Positions 9,201 to 18,816 of a stretch of DNA of 64,000 bases are shown piece by piece. The stretch comes from an uncultured Bacteroidales bacterium (GTDB taxonomy: Bacteria > Bacteroidota > Bacteroidia > Bacteroidales > ML635J-15): positions 17,664 to 81,663 of the forward strand of contig CAYUWD010000003.1 in NCBI GenBank assembly GCA_964448235.1, read 5' to 3'. The number at the start of each line of letters is the position of its first letter. The first letter of the stretch is position 1. The notes beneath the pieces are model-generated. The model worked only from the letters and a program-made list of their open reading frames with translations, ran no database searches and was not told the DNA's origin. Position numbers and translations under genes: made by a program.

Positions 9201-11411
9201 ATGAAAACAGTAATTAGCATTATTGTTTTTATGCTTGCTGTTATAAATATTTCATTTGCTCAGGTAAAAGGAACTGTATATGAACAGTCTGGTGATATGC
9301 AAAAATCACCACTATTTGGAGTAAATATTTATTGGGAAGGTACTAACCTAGGAACAACAAGCGATAAAAACGGAAATTTTAAAATAAATACCAGCAATAG
9401 TACAAATAATCTGATATTCAGCTTTGTTGGTTATCGAACAGATACGATTCTAGTTATAGATATTTCTGAACCTTTAGAAATAACTTTAAAAGACAGTAAA
9501 ATCTTAGATGAAGTTACTATAGGAGGAAGAAATCCCGGAACCCATTATGATAGAATGGAAGTCGGAAGCGTACAAAACATTACTGGTGAAGAATTATGTA
9601 AAGCTGCATGCTGTAATTTATCTGAAAGCTTTGAAACAAATGCATCAGTAGATGCATCATATAGCGATGCAACAACAGGAGCAAAACAAATCAAGCTTTT
9701 AGGATTAGCTGGTAAGTACGTCCAAATGATGACAGAGAACATTCCTAATCTATATGGAGTATCCCAGCCTTATGCTTTAGGATATATTCCGGGACCTTGG
9801 ATGGAGTCTATACAAGTTTCAAAAGGAACATCCGAAGTAATTAATGGATACGATGCTTTAACAGGACAGATAAATGTTGAATATAAGAAACCTAAGAAGT
9901 CAGACATTCTGTTTTTTAACCAATTAGTAAGTTCTGCCGGCAAAGTTGAGACAAATTTAGATGCGTCAGTAATTGTATCACCAAAGCTTAGCACAAGTAT
10001 ATTTGCTCACACCCAGTTTGATGTCTTAAGCATAGATGAAAACAATGATGGTTTTTCAGATATGCCATTAATCAATCAATATAACTTCTTTAACAGATGG
10101 GATTATTTTGGTAAAGACTTGACAATTAGATTCGGGGTTAAATATATTGATGAAACAAGAACAAGTGGTCAACTTTCGGGAATAAATAGCGAATCGCTTA
10201 TTAATCCATATAAAATTAATATTGGAACAAAACGTTTCGAAGCATTTTACAAAATGGGTTATGTGTTCCCTGAAAGTAAATATCAAAGTATTGCCATGAT
10301 TGCAAACTACACACATCATGAACAAAATTCATTTTATGGATTAAATACTTTTGATGCCAATCAGCAATCTTTGTATTACAATTTAATTTGGCAATCTGCT
10401 TTTAATGGAAATCATAATCATAAATACAATGCCGGGTTTAGTGTAAAGCATGAAGATCTTGACCAATCTTTAAATGATAGCTTAATTGCAGATCTGGAGT
10501 TTGTACCCGGGGCATTTTTTCAATATACCGGCAAACCAACAGAAAAACTCAGTGTTATTTTTGGTTTCAGAGCAGACCATCATAATTCATTTGGAATGCT
10601 TTATACACCAAGATTAAATGTAAAATACAATTTATCAGGTAATATCGTCCTAAGAGCTAGTGCAGGGAAAGGATATAGAAAAGCAAATATTCTTGCTGAA
10701 AACAGTTTCCTTCTTGCATCTTCCAGATTATTTATAATTGATACTGATTTAGAACTGGAAGAAGCCTGGAATTATGGATCGAACATTACGTTTTATATTC
10801 CAATAAAGAATCGAGATATCGCTCTAAATGCTGAATATTACCGAACTGATTTTGTAAATCAGATTATTGCAGATTTTGAGGATGTAAATAAAGTTCTATT
10901 TTACAATTTGAACGGAAAATCGTATTCTAATACATATCAACTCGAAGCAAGCTATGAATTAATAAAAGGTCTTGATGCCACTCTTGCTTTTCGATATAAT
11001 GATGTGAAACAAACAATAGGTGGAAGTCTATTAGAAGCACCTTTAACCAATAGATTTAAAGGACTTACAACATTTTCTTATAAAACACCATTAGAAAAAT
11101 GGCAATTTGATTTCACTACTCAATTTAATGGCGGAGGTCGTATTCCATCTACAATTGAGAACCCTATTGAATACAGATTAAATGATGAATTCCCTTCTTA
11201 TACTGTGCTTAACGCTCAAATCACAAAATTCTTTAAACACTGGGAGATTTATGCGGGAGTTGAGAACCTATTGAACTTTACACAGCAAAACCCAATTATA
11301 GCAGCTGAAGATCCTTATGGTAATTATTTTGATTCATCATTAATTTGGGGATCAATCCATGGACGGAAGTACTTTTTAGGGATTAGATTTGCAATTGAAC
11401 GAGAAGAATAA
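9201..11411 (+). CDS. TonB-dependent outer-membrane receptor with an N-terminal carboxypeptidase-regulatory-like domain
   Basis: Signal peptide. VKGTVYE...GVNIYWEGTNLGTTSDKNGNFKI (CarbopepD_reg-like). Plug region with SIQVSKGTSEVINGYDALTGQINV. About 500 aa barrel ending in an aromatic-rich C-terminus (YFLGIRF). Confidence 0.85.
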   Translation: MKTVISIIVFMLAVINISFAQVKGTVYEQSGDMQKSPLFGVNIYWEGTNLGTTSDKNGNFKINTSNSTNNLIFSFVGYRTDTILVIDISEPLEITLKDSKILDEVTIGGRNPGTHYDRMEVGSVQNITGEELCKAACCNLSESFETNASVDASYSDATTGAKQIKLLGLAGKYVQMMTENIPNLYGVSQPYALGYIPGPWMESIQVSKGTSEVINGYDALTGQINVEYKKPKKSDILFFNQLVSSAGKVETNLDASVIVSPKLSTSIFAHTQFDVLSIDENNDGFSDMPLINQYNFFNRWDYFGKDLTIRFGVKYIDETRTSGQLSGINSESLINPYKINIGTKRFEAFYKMGYVFPESKYQSIAMIANYTHHEQNSFYGLNTFDANQQSLYYNLIWQSAFNGNHNHKYNAGFSVKHEDLDQSLNDSLIADLEFVPGAFFQYTGKPTEKLSVIFGFRADHHNSFGMLYTPRLNVKYNLSGNIVLRASAGKGYRKANILAENSFLLASSRLFIIDTDLELEEAWNYGSNITFYIPIKNRDIALNAEYYRTDFVNQIIADFEDVNKVLFYNLNGKSYSNTYQLEASYELIKGLDATLAFRYNDVKQTIGGSLLEAPLTNRFKGLTTFSYKTPLEKWQFDFTTQFNGGGRIPSTIENPIEYRLNDEFPSYTVLNAQITKFFKHWEIYAGVENLLNFTQQNPIIAAEDPYGNYFDSSLIWGSIHGRKYFLGIRFAIEREE

Positions 11412-11440
11412 TTAAGTAATAACTATTTAAACTAAAAATT

Positions 11441-11827
11441 ATGAAGAGATCGATTTTAATTTTAACAATTTTAATTCTAGCAGGTGCATCAAGTGTATTT
11501 GCACAAGAAGGATCAAGTGAAAAACAAATCAAGAAAGACAGTAAGTTTACAGAAGTACAATTTAGCTGTAAAATGAATTGCGATAATTGTGCAAACAAAG
11601 TAAAAAAACAACTGGCATTTACTAAAGGTGTAAAATACGTAGAAACAGATTACGAAAAAGATATCGTAACTGTAAAATATCGTACTGGTAAAACAGATAA
11701 CGAAAAGATTATTGAATCACTTGATGAAATTGGCTATAAAGCAAGTGTTGTAAAGCCTTGCTCAAGCACTAAAACCGGATGCGGACAAAAAACTTCCGGA
11801 TGTGGTGGATGCAATCACAATCACTAG
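11441..11827 (+). CDS. Exported heavy-metal-associated (HMA) domain protein with a Cys/His-rich tail
   Basis: Signal peptide. CxxC in ...SCKMNCDNCANKVKK within a ferredoxin-like HMA-sized fold. C-terminal PCSSTKTGCGQKTSGCGGCNHNH. Confidence 0.75.
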   Translation: MKRSILILTILILAGASSVFAQEGSSEKQIKKDSKFTEVQFSCKMNCDNCANKVKKQLAFTKGVKYVETDYEKDIVTVKYRTGKTDNEKIIESLDEIGYKASVVKPCSSTKTGCGQKTSGCGGCNHNH

Positions 11828-11847
11828 AATAATTGATTCATAAAGAT

Positions 11848-11880
11848 AAAAGCTGAGCAAATTGTTCAGCTTTTCTTTTT
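11848..11880 (+). terminator. Hairpin plus T-tract terminator after the HMA gene; overlaps the 3' end of the convergent AraC gene
   Basis: aaaagctga-gcaaattgt-tcagctttt (9-bp stem) followed by cttttttt. Confidence 0.55.
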
Positions 11881-13035
11881 TTGCTTGGTAATAAATTTGA
11901 TGTAGTCGGAAGGGGTAATTCCTGTTTCAGCTCTAAACACTCTAAAGAAAGTGCTATATGAACTAAAGCCGGCATTTGTTGAAATATTCTCTAAGTCAAA
12001 GTCAATATTATTTGCAACATTTTCGTCAATAGCCTTCTTGGCATCTTCAGTTCTATAATGATTTATCAGACCTCTAAAATTGGTGTTAAAATTAAGCTTT
12101 ATCGCATCTGAAAGGTAGGTTCTGTTTGTATGAAAATGGTAACACATATCAAAAACTGATATATTTTGATTTTGATATGCTTTTGTTCGTAAAAGATAGT
12201 TCTCTATTTTAGACTTACTTATTTTTGCTTCAGCTTTAAATTCATCAGCCTGGGCTACTTCAGAGACATTATATACCTCCTTTTGCCTAAAACCATTTAA
12301 GCCCAAATACCAAAAAAACAATCCAAAAGTTAAATATGATATTCCTATTAATCCATTTTGTGCTTCAACCTGATTATTCTCTAAAATATGAATAATAACA
12401 AAGAAAACAATCATTACAATAAAAATTACACCTATCCCTTTTATCCATCTTAATTCACTTTTATCATCTTCCGAAAATAAATCTCTTACTTTTATATAAT
12501 GTTTTCTAACTATATTGGCTTGAGCAACAACATATATCATTGAAATAATTATAAATAATTTTTTATATATATCATAAACAGTTTTACCTATCACAAAATT
12601 ACTTCTAATCTCAACATCTTTATCTAATAGGAATCTAACAAAATCTATTTCATATTCTTTTTGAACCATAATTCTTTGCATAACAAGTACAGTAACAAAA
12701 ACAAAAATTGACGGAATAAAATGTAAATATATTGCCATCTTTTTTATCTCTTTTTCTGATGTTAACGATTTGACATAACAATACATCAAAGGGAATAAAG
12801 AAAACACAGTTCCTGCTTGATAAGGAAATAAATTAGCATAAATATTTATATAACCTTCAAATTTAAAAAATGTCATCATATATGCAAACGATGCCACAAT
12901 CATTAAAAAAAACAAATACACTCTCGAGCTTTGATTTTTTAATCCACTCAATAAAAAAGTTATTCCCCACATAAATGGAAAAATGAATGCAATTGTTAAA
13001 GAAATCGTTTTTAAATCATGTAACATAGTTATCAA
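11866..13035 (-). CDS. Membrane-anchored AraC-family transcriptional regulator
   Basis: About 250 aa with multiple hydrophobic helices, then a C-terminal AraC HTH (YLSDAIKLNFNTNFRGLINHYR...NAGFSSYSTFFRVFRAETGITPSDY). Confidence 0.8.
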   Translation of the reverse strand: MITMLHDLKTISLTIAFIFPFMWGITFLLSGLKNQSSRVYLFFLMIVASFAYMMTFFKFEGYINIYANLFPYQAGTVFSLFPLMYCYVKSLTSEKEIKKMAIYLHFIPSIFVFVTVLVMQRIMVQKEYEIDFVRFLLDKDVEIRSNFVIGKTVYDIYKKLFIIISMIYVVAQANIVRKHYIKVRDLFSEDDKSELRWIKGIGVIFIVMIVFFVIIHILENNQVEAQNGLIGISYLTFGLFFWYLGLNGFRQKEVYNVSEVAQADEFKAEAKISKSKIENYLLRTKAYQNQNISVFDMCYHFHTNRTYLSDAIKLNFNTNFRGLINHYRTEDAKKAIDENVANNIDFDLENISTNAGFSSYSTFFRVFRAETGITPSDYIKFITKQKKKS

Positions 13036-13236
13036 AAATACAAATTAATTGATCAAATTACAAAAACAGCACACATATATTCTTATCTATCTGGCATTTA
13101 TAAAAATTGTTAAAATGCAAACATCTTTTTATTATTAAATCCAATTTCAAATATGATTCTTACTATATTTGAATTAGAAAATTGAAGAGAGTATTATTTA
13201 GGTTTAAACTCTTCAATAAATAACAATTAAAAACTT

Positions 13237-13264
13237 TGATTTCTGCCTCCCCTGTCAGAAATCA
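13237..13264 (-). terminator. Second hairpin downstream of polA, with a C-rich loop
   Basis: tgatttctg / cagaaatca perfect 9-bp stem with a 10-nt loop cctcccctgt. On the minus strand it is followed by aagttttt. Confidence 0.4.
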
Positions 13265-13280
13265 TTTTAGCAATCGAATA

Positions 13281-13311
13281 AAAAAGTTGTTTTTCCCAGA
13301 AGCAACTTTTT
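13281..13311 (-). terminator. Rho-independent terminator of polA
   Basis: aaaaagttg / caacttttt 9-bp stem. A-runs and T-runs on both sides. Begins 5 nt after the polA stop. Confidence 0.65.
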
Positions 13312-13315
13312 TTAA

Positions 13316-16123
13316 TTAATGTGCTTCAAGCCAATTTTCGCCAACACCACTTTCAACTTCTAATGGTACTTTAAGCTTAATAACACTTGTCATTTCCTGA
13401 TTAACAATATTTTTCACCTGCTCAAGTTCATCTTTATGTACATCGAAGTTTAATTCATCATGAACTTGTAATATCATCTTGGATTTAATTTCTTCTTCAT
13501 TAAATCGACGATAAACATTTACCATCGCTAGCTTAATAATATCAGCTGCAGAACCCTGAATTGGGGCATTTATTGCATTCCTCTCTGCAAAGCCTCTCAC
13601 TACTGCATTTCTGCTATTAATATCCGGCAAATACCTTCTTCGACCAAACAGTGTTTCTACATATTCTTTATCTCTCGCAATTTCTATACTCTTATCCATA
13701 AAACTCTTTACTTCTGGAAAAGTTTCGAAATAACTATCTATAAGCTCTTTTGCTTCTTTTCTACTTATATTTAATCGCTGGCTTAATCCAAAAGCAGATA
13801 TTCCATAGATGATTCCAAAGTTTGCGGTCTTAGCTTTTGACCTCATTTCTCTGGTAACCTCATCCTCCGGTACTTTAAATATTTTTGCAGCAGTAGCAGT
13901 ATGAATATCCAAACTAAACTTATTAAAAGCCTCGAGCATATTCTTATCTTCACTTAAATGAGCCATTAACCGAAGTTCTATTTGAGAATAATCCGCAGAT
14001 AAAAACACATTATCTCCACTTGCAATAAAAGATTGTCGTATTCTTCTACCTCTTTCTTCACGAATTGGTATGTTTTGTAAGTTAGGATTATTTGAACTTA
14101 ATCGTCCGGTAGAGGTAATAGTCTGATTAAAACTTGTATGAATTCTTCCTGTATTTTCATTTACCAAACCGGGTAATACATCAACATAAGTATTAATAAG
14201 CTTATTTACCGACCTGAATTCAAGGATTTCGTTGATGATTGGATGTTTATCAACCAGCTTTACCAATTCTTCTTCACCCGTACTATACTGTTTTGTTTTT
14301 GTGCGTTTTGGATTTGATGTTACTTTTAATTTCTCAAATAATATTACACCCAACTGCTTTGGTGAATCAATATTAAATTCTTCACCGGCATGCTCATATA
14401 TTCTTTGTTCAATCTCTTTTAATTCAAGTTTTAATTCTTCCGAATAATTAGTAATTGATTCCGAGTCAATTACTACTCCGCTTCTTTCCATAGAAACCAA
14501 CACGTTCACAAGTGGCATCTCTATTTCATAAAAAAGATTTTCAAGATTTTTATCCTTGAGGCCTTTAGCAAAGATATTTTTCAATCTAAATGTAATGTCA
14601 GCATCTTCACAAGCATAATCAGATACGATATTAACATCAATATCCTTCATGTTTTTTTGATTCTTTCCTTTTGGTCCGATTAGCTCTTCAATAGAAACCA
14701 TTTTATATGATAAATATTTAGATGCCAAAAAATCAAGATTATGCTTTTGTTCAGGTTCAATAAGGTAGTGGGCGATCATTGTGTCAAATAATTTACTCCT
14801 TATTGAAATCCCATAGTTAAGCAAGATAGAAATATCATATTTTAAATTCTGACCAATTATTAACTTATTTTCATCATCAAAAATCTTTGAAAATCTTTTC
14901 AAGATACTTATAATCGATTCTCTATTGTCAGGCATAACAAGATAAAATGCTTTTTTTTCCTTTACAGAAAATGAAATCCCGAGTAAATCAGATTCCATTG
15001 GATCTAAACCGGTAGTTTCGGTATCAAAACAAATCTCATCATGCTCTTCGAGAATCGTCAGTAAATTCTCAATCTCATAAGGCGTTTCAATCATTTTATA
15101 TTCAAGATTATCAGAATCTTTCTCGAAACTGTCTCTTGAATCCTCAGGAACATTAGTTCCGCCACCTCCAAAAAGGTCAAACTGCAACTGTGATTGGTCA
15201 TCATTAGACTTTTTATCACTTGATCCGGTATTAGTAGTTTGCTGACTTACATTTCCACCTATTATTCTGGCTTTTAGTGTATTGAATTCAAGCTCGTCAA
15301 ATATTTCATTCAACTTCTCATAATCGGGTTGTTCGCGAACAAGATCCTCAAGTTTAATTTCAACAGGCACATCTGTTTTTATTGTAACCAAAGTTCTTGA
15401 CAGATATAATTGCTCCTTATTGTTTTCGACATTTTCTTTTTGTTTTCCAACAAGCTTATTGATATTTTCGTAAATATTATCAATTGTGCCAAACTTTGAT
15501 ATCAGCTTAGCTGCTGTTTTCTCACCAACTCCGGGAACTCCGGGAACATTGTCTGAGGCATCACCCCATAATGCAAGAATATCTATTACTTTTAACGGGC
15601 TATCGATGCGGAATTTCTCGTTTACTTCGTTAATCCCAAGTATCTCAGCAGAATTCCCTGAGCGGGCAGGCTTATACATAAAAATATTTTCGTCTACCAG
15701 CTGCGCATAATCCTTATCTGGAGTCATCATATAAACTTCAGACGTTTCATTTCCAAACATCTTTGCAAGAGTACCAATTACATCATCAGCTTCATAGCCC
15801 TTAACTTCAATTACTGGAATATTATAAGCATCCAAAATTTGTTTGATATAAGGTACTGCAAGTTTTATATCCTCAGGAGTCGCATCCCGGTTTGCTTTGT
15901 ATTCTTTGTACATTTCGTGTCTGAAATTTGGTCCGGGAGGATCAAATGCAACACCAATATGTGTAGGAAGCTCTTTTTTAAGTATTTCTTCGAGTGTATT
16001 TATAAAACCAAATATTGCGGATGTATTTAATCCTTTAGAATTAACTCTTGGGTTTTTAATAAAAGCATAATATGCTCTGAAAATCAGAGCATAAGCATCA
16101 AGAAAGAATATTTTATTTTTCAT
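13316..16123 (-). CDS. polA: DNA polymerase I
   Basis: 5'-nuclease N-terminus (FLDAYALIFRAYYA), 3'-5' exo region, and pol domain motifs (DYSQIELR, RSKAKTANFGIIYG, QVHDEL). ATG at 16123; the ORF track starts at the TTG one codon upstream (16126). Confidence 0.97.
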   Translation of the reverse strand: MKNKIFFLDAYALIFRAYYAFIKNPRVNSKGLNTSAIFGFINTLEEILKKELPTHIGVAFDPPGPNFRHEMYKEYKANRDATPEDIKLAVPYIKQILDAYNIPVIEVKGYEADDVIGTLAKMFGNETSEVYMMTPDKDYAQLVDENIFMYKPARSGNSAEILGINEVNEKFRIDSPLKVIDILALWGDASDNVPGVPGVGEKTAAKLISKFGTIDNIYENINKLVGKQKENVENNKEQLYLSRTLVTIKTDVPVEIKLEDLVREQPDYEKLNEIFDELEFNTLKARIIGGNVSQQTTNTGSSDKKSNDDQSQLQFDLFGGGGTNVPEDSRDSFEKDSDNLEYKMIETPYEIENLLTILEEHDEICFDTETTGLDPMESDLLGISFSVKEKKAFYLVMPDNRESIISILKRFSKIFDDENKLIIGQNLKYDISILLNYGISIRSKLFDTMIAHYLIEPEQKHNLDFLASKYLSYKMVSIEELIGPKGKNQKNMKDIDVNIVSDYACEDADITFRLKNIFAKGLKDKNLENLFYEIEMPLVNVLVSMERSGVVIDSESITNYSEELKLELKEIEQRIYEHAGEEFNIDSPKQLGVILFEKLKVTSNPKRTKTKQYSTGEEELVKLVDKHPIINEILEFRSVNKLINTYVDVLPGLVNENTGRIHTSFNQTITSTGRLSSNNPNLQNIPIREERGRRIRQSFIASGDNVFLSADYSQIELRLMAHLSEDKNMLEAFNKFSLDIHTATAAKIFKVPEDEVTREMRSKAKTANFGIIYGISAFGLSQRLNISRKEAKELIDSYFETFPEVKSFMDKSIEIARDKEYVETLFGRRRYLPDINSRNAVVRGFAERNAINAPIQGSAADIIKLAMVNVYRRFNEEEIKSKMILQVHDELNFDVHKDELEQVKNIVNQEMTSVIKLKVPLEVESGVGENWLEAH

Positions 16124-16139
16124 CAAACTAAGTTTTGCT

Positions 16140-16147
16140 CAAAGTTA
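16140..16147 (-). promoter_or_regulatory. Candidate -7 box (TAACTTTG on the minus strand) for polA
   Basis: Plus-strand caaagtta is the reverse complement of TAnnTTTG. It lies 17 nt upstream of the polA ATG. Confidence 0.35.
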
Positions 16148-16245
16148 AGAATTATTTCATCATTTAAAAACCTCTTAATTTATGTCAGAAGTTCTTTCAA
16201 TCATCAGATTATTTCGCTAATTTTCCACTGTAAATAATATCGACA

Positions 16246-16980
16246 ATGAAAACTATTGAAGAAGCTGCAAAACTGATAAAAAACTCGAAAAGCTTAAGCA
16301 CTTTTACCGGTGCCGGGATATCTGTTGAAAGCGGAATTCCTGTTTTTCGCGGAAAAGAAGGAGTTTACTCAAAGTATGAGCATAAAATACTTGAAATAAA
16401 TTACTATAAAAACTACACTGAGGAATCATGGAGAGCAATTCTGGACATTTTCTATGATAGGTTTGCCTCTGCCAGACCAAATACAGCACATAAAATCCTT
16501 GCTAAATGGGAAAAACAGGGAATCTTAAAATATATTATCACTCAAAATATTGATAACCTTCACCGTGAAGCAGGAAGTGAAAACATAGTCGAATATCATG
16601 GTAATAAAGAGTTCTTTATCTGTTTTGAATGTAGCTCTAAATTCTCGCATGCAGAGATTAAACTAAGCAAAGCCCCTCCAATATGTCCAAAATGCGGAGG
16701 ATTATTAAAACCTGATTTCGTGTTTTTTGGTGAACCTATTCCTTCAGATGCAGCATATTTATCTCATGATATTGCTAAAACTACAGATGTTCATCTAATA
16801 ATTGGAACAACGGGTGAAGTACAACCGGCTTCGTATATTCCTGTTTATGCAAAAAAGGCAGGAGCCAAAATTATTGAGATAAACCCAAAACCATCAAAAT
16901 TCACAGATAAAATAACAGATATTTTCATTGAAATGAAAGCATCAGAAGCATTAACCGCAATTAACGAAACAATCAATTAA
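16246..16980 (+). CDS. cobB: NAD-dependent protein deacylase, Sir2 family (CobB-like)
   Basis: GAGISVESGIPVFRG, QNIDNLH, a Zn ribbon (CFEC...CPKCGG) and a GTTGEV segment (family motif GTS..V); 244 aa. Confidence 0.9.
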   Translation: MKTIEEAAKLIKNSKSLSTFTGAGISVESGIPVFRGKEGVYSKYEHKILEINYYKNYTEESWRAILDIFYDRFASARPNTAHKILAKWEKQGILKYIITQNIDNLHREAGSENIVEYHGNKEFFICFECSSKFSHAEIKLSKAPPICPKCGGLLKPDFVFFGEPIPSDAAYLSHDIAKTTDVHLIIGTTGEVQPASYIPVYAKKAGAKIIEINPKPSKFTDKITDIFIEMKASEALTAINETIN

Positions 16981-16982
16981 TT

Positions 16983-17927
16983 ATGAAAATAGTATTTGCA
17001 GAACCTCTTGGTGTATCAATTACAGAACTTGAAAAGACTAAAGCATATTTTGAAAACAAAGGACATTCTTTTGTTTATTATTCAGATAGAAATGATGATC
17101 ATAAAGAAATCGCAAAAAGAACAAATGATGCTGATATATTAACCATTAGCAATATCCCAGTTGGCAAAGAGGTAATCTCAAAATGTCCAAATCTCAAATT
17201 GATTAATGTTGCTTTTACCGGTTATGAACATATAGACATTGAGTATTGCAAAAAACAAGGCATCTCTGCATGTAATGCGGCCGGATATTCAACTCCTGCA
17301 GTTGCAGAACTAAGTTTATCAATGGCTATAAATCTTTATCGCAAGATTTTAGATATGGATAAAAACACAAGAATTCCAGCAGACAGAAAAGGCTTTCTTG
17401 GTCAGGAATTATTTGGAAAAACCGTTGGCATTGTCGGCACTGGAGCTATCGGTCTTGCTACTGCTAAATTATTCCACGCCTTTGGTTGCAAAATAATTGC
17501 ATACAGCCATACAGTAAAATTTATTGATTGGATTGAATATGTCAATATCGAAAATTTGCTTCAAAATGCTGACATTGTAAGCTTACATATACCATCAAAT
17601 GCAGAGACATCGAACTTTATCAATCAGGAAAAGCTAAAGCTTATGAAAAAATCTGCAATTCTAATAAATACAGCTAGAGGAGCAATTATTGACAGTTTAG
17701 CTCTTTCAAACGCACTTAAAAATAATGAAATTGCAGGTGCTGCCATCGATGTTTATGAAAAAGAGCCACCTTTACAAAAAGATCACCCACTACTTAATGC
17801 TCCAAACACATTATTACTGCCTCACATTGCATATGCAACACAAGAATCAATGCTTCGCAGATTAGAAATTGTCAAATCTAATATTGATAGTTTCTTGTCA
17901 GGAGATTTAAATAACAGAATAGTCTAA
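16983..17927 (+). CDS. D-isomer-specific 2-hydroxyacid dehydrogenase (NAD-binding)
   Basis: GIVGTGAIGLATAKL (GxGxxG), NTARGAIID, AAIDVYEKEP and PHIAYAT motifs. Starts 2 nt after the cobB stop. Confidence 0.85.
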   Translation: MKIVFAEPLGVSITELEKTKAYFENKGHSFVYYSDRNDDHKEIAKRTNDADILTISNIPVGKEVISKCPNLKLINVAFTGYEHIDIEYCKKQGISACNAAGYSTPAVAELSLSMAINLYRKILDMDKNTRIPADRKGFLGQELFGKTVGIVGTGAIGLATAKLFHAFGCKIIAYSHTVKFIDWIEYVNIENLLQNADIVSLHIPSNAETSNFINQEKLKLMKKSAILINTARGAIIDSLALSNALKNNEIAGAAIDVYEKEPPLQKDHPLLNAPNTLLLPHIAYATQESMLRRLEIVKSNIDSFLSGDLNNRIV

Positions 17928-17938
17928 AAAACAATCAT

Positions 17939-17982
17939 ATTCGTGAATTCGTGGCAATTTATTTGGCCACTAATGCACGAAT
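17939..17982. repeat. Imperfect inverted repeat (REP-like hairpin) between convergent genes
   Basis: attcgtgaattcgtggc ... gccactaatgcacgaat. The outer 7 nt and inner 5 nt of each arm are perfectly complementary and the central 5 nt are mismatched. Confidence 0.6.
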
Positions 17983-17987
17983 AAAAA

Positions 17988-18749
17988 TCAATCTATTTCC
18001 AAAACTAAAGGACAATGATCCGACATATAAATTTGATTCAGAATCTCAACCCCTTTTAATCGATTCCTAATTGGTTCGGATGCCATATGATAATCGATTC
18101 TCCAGCCAAGATTCTTAGCTCTTGCACCTGCTCTGTAAGACCACCATGTATATTTATCGCCGGATTGATCAAACACTCTAAATGTGTCTATAAAACCACT
18201 ATCTAAAAATTGAGTCACCCACTCTCTTTCTTCCGGAAGGAAACCTGACACTCCTTTTTTCTTTTCAGGTTTACTAATATCTATTGGTTTATGACAAATA
18301 TTGTAATCTCCTGATAAAATAATATTAGGCCTCTCCTTTTTTAATTCATCAACAAATTTCTGCACCTCTGCCAGATAATCCATTTTTACCTCTTGTCTAA
18401 TATCTCCAGTGGTTCCTGAGGGGAAATATGAATTCAATATCGTTAGATTACCAAAATCTGCTCTTAACATTCGCCCCTCCGAGTCAAACTTCCTGATACC
18501 AATACCCGGTTTAACATAATCAGGTTCTATTTTTGAAAATATAGCAACACCACTATAACCCTTTTTCTCGGCGGAATGTATATATGAAAAATATCCCAAC
18601 TCTTTAAATCTCAATGTGTCAATTTGATCGGACTGTGCTTTGGTTTCCTGAACACATAAAATATCAGGAGACTCTTTCTCCAGCCACTCAAAAAAACCTT
18701 TATTAATTACCGATCTTATTCCATTTAAATTGAACGTAATTATTTTCAT
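17988..18749 (-). CDS. xth: Exodeoxyribonuclease III
   Basis: MKIITFNLNGIRS, CVQETK, and a WRIDY...SDHCP C-terminus; 253 aa. Confidence 0.95.
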   Translation of the reverse strand: MKIITFNLNGIRSVINKGFFEWLEKESPDILCVQETKAQSDQIDTLRFKELGYFSYIHSAEKKGYSGVAIFSKIEPDYVKPGIGIRKFDSEGRMLRADFGNLTILNSYFPSGTTGDIRQEVKMDYLAEVQKFVDELKKERPNIILSGDYNICHKPIDISKPEKKKGVSGFLPEEREWVTQFLDSGFIDTFRVFDQSGDKYTWWSYRAGARAKNLGWRIDYHMASEPIRNRLKGVEILNQIYMSDHCPLVLEID

Positions 18750-18783
18750 TTTACTTGTTTTATAATTTAGAACTTAAAAATAC

Positions 18784-18791
18784 TAATTTTG
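18784..18791 (+). promoter_or_regulatory. Candidate -7 box (TAATTTTG) for hemW
   Basis: TAnnTTTG match 26 nt upstream of the ATG at 18817. Confidence 0.35.
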
Positions 18792-18816
18792 TTTGTAAAA
18801 CTAAAATCCATTTTTA

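Noticed and set aside
16246-16980. Sir2-domain protein considered as a possible anti-phage NADase (Thoeris/DSR-like).
   Set aside because: It is a compact 244-aa CobB-type deacylase with an intact Zn ribbon and no extra effector or sensor domains. It is translationally adjacent to a dehydrogenase, and there are no defence-type neighbours.
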